Source: Psammoneis japonica (Eukaryota). Taken from it: a stretch of DNA of 40,246 nt. Under the pieces are notes generated by a model. The model was not told the origin of the DNA, searched no databases, and was given only the letters and a program-made list of their open reading frames with translations. Where the stretch lies: positions 1-40,246 of the forward strand of contig QPGO01000361.1 in NCBI GenBank assembly GCA_008632985.1, read 5' to 3'. A program made the position numbers and the translations under genes. The stretch's first letter is position 1, and every line of letters starts with the position of its first letter. Positions 33,856 to 40,246 of the stretch are shown piece by piece.

Positions 33856-34420
33856 AGAGGCAAGATGCTATCCGTCGTGGAAGCATCGTACTACTAATAT
33901 TTGATACCATCCCTTACAATGTTTGTTCGCTGCGTCGATAATTGCTTCAAAAAGGAAAGTAGTGTGTAACAGAAATAGTTTACAGCTTTTTAATTCCTTC
34001 TGCATTCCTTTTGGAACTAGAGTGGTCAAGCCTACGAAACTCCTTTCCCAATTCCTGTACTACCTTTCATACGCATCGTAAGTCTCACTTATACGACCAA
34101 GGGCGATTGGTGCATTTGCTTCAGGAAGATTGACACTCAACAGCAAGCATCAGAATGCTGGTAAAAATACTTCCTTGAACGACGGCTATGCGTAGGTCAC
34201 GTGGCGAACTTTGGCAACCACACGCCATTCACTTGCTGGCGAAACTCTTGCTTGAAAGCCGAGAACCGATGGACGAGGATTGGCTTTTAGTAAACATAAT
34301 TGGTAATTCAATCTTCTATTGTGTATCATCTGGCTGGAATGGTAATTTTCTACCATCCTGGGCAACTGATGGAGAGTCTGACTAGTCTAAAGAACGCTGC
34401 TCTCTAACCAGTACATCGCA

Positions 34421-35241
34421 TCACTCGTAAAGAGAGCTTTTTGATTTTGTCTCGTCTAGCCCATTTAGCTCTCCCGGCACTCGTACACCACACTTTGACG
34501 CCAAAGCCTTGGACGCCGTGGCGACGGGTGCGTGCAGCACAATCCCTATTTCAGCAGCGTCTCGCTCAAATTCTCGTTCCGGATCACCCGCCACTAGGGG
34601 ATTTCCCGGAAGAGATCGCATCCGATTCAGATAGTCTTGCAAACGGCGTGTGAATCCAGGATTGAATCGATTGGGATCAATCAGAACAAAAAGTAGTGTC
34701 CATAATTGAGAGGACCGTCTCGTGAAATGGTCCAAGGGAAAATTTCGGGGCCGAACGATGCGCCACTTAAGACTGAGCACAAAATCTCTACAAACATTCC
34801 GAGACCGCAACCCTTGTATCTCATCGGCGCCACCCAATGGATACAGTCCACCAAACTTGCAAATTTCCTCACCGTCCGTTTCCGTGCCGATCCAATCCCC
34901 ACCCAACTGCCAACTGGTTTATTTTTTCGATCCATGACTTCAATCTTTCCAATTTGCACAGTCGTTGTGGCCCTGTCGAGTTGAAAGCTTTCTCCTTCGT
35001 TGTCAGCGGGCGCCATGAAACAGAATGGGTTGGTTCCGAGATGACCTCGAACACTTGATCGAGCAGGGACCGCAATCGGACTTGCATTGGTAAAGGATAG
35101 TCCCATGCAGGCATGAGCAACTAACCGAGCATTGCCTTGACTACAACCAGCTCCCTTGATGAGAATGTCCGCAACAAAATCATTCAGCTTGCCGCGATGT
35201 ATACGAACGGTGGTATTGTGGTCGGAAAGACCCAGTCGCAT
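34421..35241 (-). pseudogene. Ldh_2-family (malate/L-lactate/ureidoglycolate dehydrogenase-like) relic
   Basis: Motifs GLSFTNASP, LGTNP, LD.ATT...GKIEV, PLGG, YKG.GLGMFVEIL..VLSGA and VAGDPE. Several frameshifts, and the N-terminal SHG / NHFG region is missing. Confidence 0.75.
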
Positions 35242-36180
35242 TATGCATGGACGGACGACTCATTTTTCAGATATTTTTTTTTAGGACCAGACCAATCGCA
35301 ACACCGACACCAAGAGCAATGCTTGTCGACACGTTTGAGCGGCTCGTTGTATCGGAGAGAGCGAGACTGCTCATGACATGACAACAACGCACCGGTAAGT
35401 TTGATGTCGTTTGTTTTTTACGAATGTCAAGTGCGAATTTTGAAATTTCGCGATTTCCAGATTACTGTATTCGAAGCTTCGAAGCACGATATGTAAAATG
35501 ACGTCATCTACCACGACATGTGAGCGCTCGTGCATGCACTTCTCTCTTCTGCTCGAGCTCTGTCGACGGCATAAGAAAAGATGACAACGCATTTGTCTGT
35601 GGATGACTTGAGGCATGCTGTGCTTGGAAAAATGGCCCAAGAGAGGGGTTGGTCAAAATGTGAGCCCATGGGGAAAGGCCTCAAGCATTGTTGTCTTGGC
35701 GTGTTGACTGGGTTTGCTCCAAAAGACCAGAGGTGGAATCTTGCCCGTCTTCAAATTGCAGCTTCTTGCAAGCTGCTGTCCATGGCACTGGTGCAGTGGA
35801 GAACATTGCAGCAGAGGATCCAGGTGCTCTCTTGGCAGAGAGGACAGCAATGAGGAGAGTGAGAAGAAGCCCCACCAACAAGAGAGGACATTTGCCAGTT
35901 GTTGACTCTGTTGTGAAGAGCCCATGCCAGGGACATTCCCGAATCCGCCGTCTCGAGACCATCTTGTCAAAATTGTCAATGCCTGAATGATGCACAATCG
36001 CCGTTAATTGTCACGTTTTGTCGCTAAACCAACAGTGCAGCATGCATGTATGTGCATTCCTGTATTTTGTTACAAACACACATTAAAAAGACGACATGGC
36101 GAGGCACTCTCATGGCTAAAAGCACAATGACTCAAGAACGAGTCACCTGGATAAAAGTCACAATTGTTGAACAGCACTTG

Positions 36181-36505
36181 TGACTCACAACAGCTCACGA
36201 CAACTCACGACAACTCACGACAACTTGCGACAACTCACGACAACTCACGACAACTTACGACAACTCACGACAACTCACGACAACTCACGACAAATTTCAC
36301 TTGACTCGCGACAAATCTTTAGACTGCACACATTAATTGAGTCATGTGAGTCATTGTGTTCAATTGCTTGCAGTGTGAATGTGACAAACAAGCGCTCCCG
36401 ACAACTCATGACATTTCTCACTCAACTCCCGACAACTCCCGGCAACTCCCGACAACTCACGACAACTCACGACAACTCACGACATTTTCGACAACTCACG
36501 ACATT
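36181..36505 (+). repeat. 10-bp minisatellite (CAACTCACGA)n in two arrays, ~36181-36295 and ~36395-36505
   Basis: Directly visible tandem units, with variants caacttgcga, caacttacga and caactcccga. Confidence 0.95.
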
Positions 36506-37644
36506 TTCGGCTTGTCAGGCATTTCGGGCCATTCGATTCAATGACCTTGGTGATTGATTGGCAGTTCTCGCCAAAATGATCGTTCATTGCATGCTTGCAT
36601 CCTTAGATTGCACAAGGGAACCAGATCTTCACTGATCACTTTGTGCATGTTAACAAACATTGTGCACGCATGCATGTCTCAAATTGTTGGGATCGCCAAA
36701 ACAAGAATGTCGTCGATGTCACATTCAAGAAAAGAAAATTCGCAAGTTGGCCGATTCGGGAATGTCCCAGATGAAGTGTGCAAGTTGTTGACAACCACAG
36801 GCTTGGATGATTTGCTCATTGGATGATCAATCACCACAAGTGCTGCAAAAGCAGGAGCAACATGTCTGTGCCAAGAACATCAGCAGGCTGTGCCAGCGCC
36901 CAAAAAGAAGAAAGGATTTGGATCATTTGTTGGCTGGCGCTGCTGTCGTGCCACTCCTTGCAAGCAGAGCTGCTCTTTCCACATGTGCCAAGAAGAAGTG
37001 AGAACTCAGTTGGTGGCAAAGGGAACAAAGTGTTGTTGGAAACAGCTTGCTGATCCTGTGAAAGCAGCTGAGTTTTGTGGCGAGGCCAGCATTTTGACTC
37101 CAACAAAGGGAACCTCAGGGAAGGAATGAGAGCAACATGGCATCACTGAATGAGATGTGAGAAACAACAATGGACAATCAAAGATGGGTGGCTGTTGTCA
37201 GAGCTTTTCTCCCAACTTTGATGAGAAAGTTGGCACAATCAAATGGACCGGCAAGGATGGTGCAGCTCACCAAACTGTTTGCATCACCACTGTGATGGGT
37301 GCAGCTGGTGTGACTTGTTTGTGCAACAGTTGCAACACAGGCACACAGTTTGGTGCAGCCTTGACCTCACATGTGCTAAATCAGTCAATTGCAGCTAACA
37401 TGTCTTGCATGAAATGCTGTCATGCAGCACATGAGGTGATGCAGAACAGCAAAAAGAGTCCAGCACTTCTTGTTGGAAAGCACAATGGCAAATTTTCAAG
37501 CAATTCAATGAATGGGCTGGCCGTTGTGGAGGAATTCTTGCTTGAGAAATTTGGGAAAGATCTGTTGATGGATGGCAACAATCAATGTCTTGGTGGCAAG
37601 ATTGCTGCTGGCAGCAATTGGGGAGGGAGATCAACTGAGGTTCA

Positions 37645-38030
37645 AAGCTGACATCATCAGGGAAGAAGCTGTGGGATGGACTTGAAAATTTCATTGCAGC
37701 TCTCACATGGAAAAAATTAAAACGAGGCATTGCACAAATTGTTGAGAGACAAAGATCCTGCTTTTTATGGAGTTGGAGTGTTGAAAATGCAAGGATCACT
37801 TCCACGAGGAGCAACGCAAAAGGAGGCAGCCACCCTCCAACACAGACACAAGCTGACATCTTTGGGAAGGAAGCTGTGGGATGAACTTGAAAATTTCCTT
37901 GCAGCTTTCACACAGAAAAGAATTTAAACAAGGCATTGTGCACAAATTGAGGGAGAAAGATCCTGCTTTTTGTGAAGTTGGCGGTCTTGGAAAATGTGAG
38001 GATCACTTCTTCCACATTGAGCAACATAAA
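37645..38030 (+). repeat. Diverged tandem duplication with a 205-bp period
   Basis: aagctgacatc...gaagctgtgggatg.acttgaaaatttc.ttgcagct...aaagatcctgcttttt...ggatcactt starts at 37645 and 37850. Confidence 0.9.
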
Positions 38031-40246
38031 AAAAATGTCTCAAAGAGATGAGAGTGCTGACAGGTGAACCACCAAGCAAGCAAGAGAAGGAAGCTAAGAA
38101 GAAGACATCAAATGTGATCTCTCAAGCTGTGTTTGTCCACCAAAATTGGTGTGGTGTTTTCAAAACAAAGCTTGAGAGAAAACCATTTGACAACTCCAAG
38201 GGGTGGCTTGAAGAGTTGGGGACTTGTCCCAAGCATCCACCAAGGGTGAGGCAGAGTCTGCCATTTGAAATTTTTCCCCATGACTCTTGGTGGCACATGC
38301 AACAAACTTGCACAGCTCAGAGCACAGACCAGAGATCCAGCCATCAGAAAGACAGCAGAAAGTGTCTTCTTCTCAGCCACCAACCATTCTTGCCCTTCCA
38401 CAACTCTGTGGGGCCATTTCATTTTTGTGTTTCTCTGCCTTGCCCAAAAAGCAAAAAAAAAATGCAGCATGAGCATTGTCATGTGGATGCACTGCAAGGG
38501 CACAAGCATGCACGCACCATTTGTTCTCAAAAACAAAGCTTGCCATCTGCAAACTTTTGATGCACATCAGAGCTTTTGTGGTGCACAAACAACACAAAAT
38601 GAATGAGAGTTGGAAGATTGACCACCTCCACTGCACTTGCCTGGATCTTCCAAAGTTTCCATTTGTTGCCATGTTGCAAGTGTTGCAAAATGTTTTTTCA
38701 GCAGAAAATCACGATGCAAACTGTGGCCAAATGATTTGAGCTTTAAAAAGTGGCAATTGGCCACTCTCAAGTTGTCCACTTTTTTGCCTGTTGTCAGTGT
38801 TTCAAAAAAAAAGGGACAAGTTGTCATTGTGGCTCATGCCATCAATCACACAAATGTTGTTGTTGTTTCAATCCTGATGACTTGATCCTGCCCCCTGGTG
38901 TCATTGCTTTTGGGCTTTGACCACAATTTTGTTGCAGCTCATGTGTTGGTTGTGTTAGAAGGATGACATTGCAACATCTTCATTCAAAGAAGAAACACAC
39001 ACATTGGTGTGGCTGTGCTCTGGCCCCACTCTCACTGCAAACCATGCAGTGGCTCACTGCATGAAACTGCACATGCATGTGATTGGTGCCCTGAGCCATC
39101 AAGTGGTTGGCAGCACACCAAAAACAACCTGACAGACAATGGCTGAAAATGTGGAAGGCAACAAGACATCCATCAAAAACCCACATGTCAGCCCATGCAG
39201 TGATTTCTGTTTGACAACCTGCATGCTTTGTTTTGGTGGTTTGCCACATTCTTTAAAGTCTCCACACTTCTGCTGTCTTGTTCATTGTGAGCCTCATTTT
39301 TCTGGCTCAATTTGGCATTTGACCCTCTGGAACAAATTGCGCGTGCACTTCTGCGCACATCCTCCCAAACCACAGCATGGTTTGCCAATTCTGCAGGGCT
39401 CTCATTGCTTGTCCATGCAGCAAATCATTCAGTGGTTTGACATTTTTCTGGCACTGCTCTGCAGTGCTTTCCAGGGATGAGAAAATCACCGCCAACGACC
39501 ACAGCCATGACGGTGATTTGACGGTGACCGCATGCTCCATCATGCACAAGTGGCAGCTGACAACATGCTGCATCAAGAATGGTGGCTTTTTTGTTGCTGT
39601 CAACAAGTTTTTTACTTGGAATCACTGCTTCATTTGGTCATTGGCGAGTTTCACGCTGTGCAAGTTGCGAGCCACTGAGTGGTTGGAGATTTTTTGCCCG
39701 AGTGTGTGGGCAGACAGCTGGAGAGCACATTGGGTGCATGCCATTGTTGTTGGGGCTTTTCCCTCCATCACATTTCCACCAACACCCCTTTCTGTAGATG
39801 CCAGGGTTCTGTGGTGATGGAGGGGTTGGGTCGGCAGGAATGTGTGGCTTGAGGGTGGTGCAAAAAAGATGGGCCGAGGGTGCAGACAGATGGTTGGAAG
39901 GAGGAGTTGTCATTGACAGTTGGGTGTTGGAGAAGGAGGGCTTGGCATGTAGAAAGGTGATTGGAGAGAGCGACGCCGAACTCAATGCTGAGGATTTGTG
40001 AGGCCCAAAGTTGGGGGGTTGCTTGAGGGTGATCGCGAGCTCGTGAGGCGTACGTAGGCACGCATCGCATGCGGTCATAATGAACAACCAGAAAGGGCTA
40101 TTGTGTTAGATTAGTCAGATAAGGATCTTCGTTTCGTATATCATCCTGTAAGAACTATTTAAGCACGTATATATGATGAATATAACATGTATCGAATACA
40201 GTATATTCAGCATTAAAAAGAAGAATATGCGAAGGTCTTCAACTGA

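Larger units (their letters stand above)
35580..39990. other. Hypermutated block D (unidentified repeat or transposon relics)
   Basis: TA rare, TG/CA abundant, Tyr-poor ORFs. TA-rich sequence resumes at ~40050. Confidence 0.88.

Noticed and set aside
36181..36505. CRISPR array or telomeric repeat
   Set aside because: Contiguous 10-bp units without spacers, no cas genes, a eukaryotic context, and a unit unlike TTAGGG at an internal position.
20405..40116. Shared 11-mer ttagattagtc at the left edge of block C (20405) and just right of block D (40106) as an element terminus
   Set aside because: An 11-bp match is expected by chance in 40 kb and the similarity does not extend.

Overview
Eukaryotic genomic DNA, most likely from a diatom (inferred from short GT-AG introns, a bipartite plastid-targeting presequence, an RXL-motif secreted repeat protein and a diatom-type Cys-rich module). 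Gene islands of normal composition encode a GT32 glycosyltransferase, a four-TM membrane protein, a tandem-domain phosphoglycerate mutase, two secreted M64-like metalloproteases plus a third relic copy, a CaMK, ATP synthase OSCP, Pam16, a Pro/Lys/Gly repeat protein and an Ldh_2 relic. These islands alternate with four sharply bounded blocks (~1-2760, ~5150-11040, ~20520-23030, ~35580-39990) of decayed transposon and gene copies in which TpA is almost absent, CpG is depleted and TpG/CpA are enriched. The main finding comes from alignments inside the window: decayed copies carry TpA->TpG/CpA (A->G on either strand) as well as CpG->TpG/CpA. In the least-decayed relic the A->G changes are concentrated in TAC/GTA while most CpGs survive. 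This looks like a locus-restricted, RIP-like adenine hypermutation that spares intact duplicated genes. No responsible enzyme is visible in the window, I cannot check novelty against the literature, and a basecalling artefact must be excluded because the assembly also shows homopolymer indels in essential genes. All counts are by eye.
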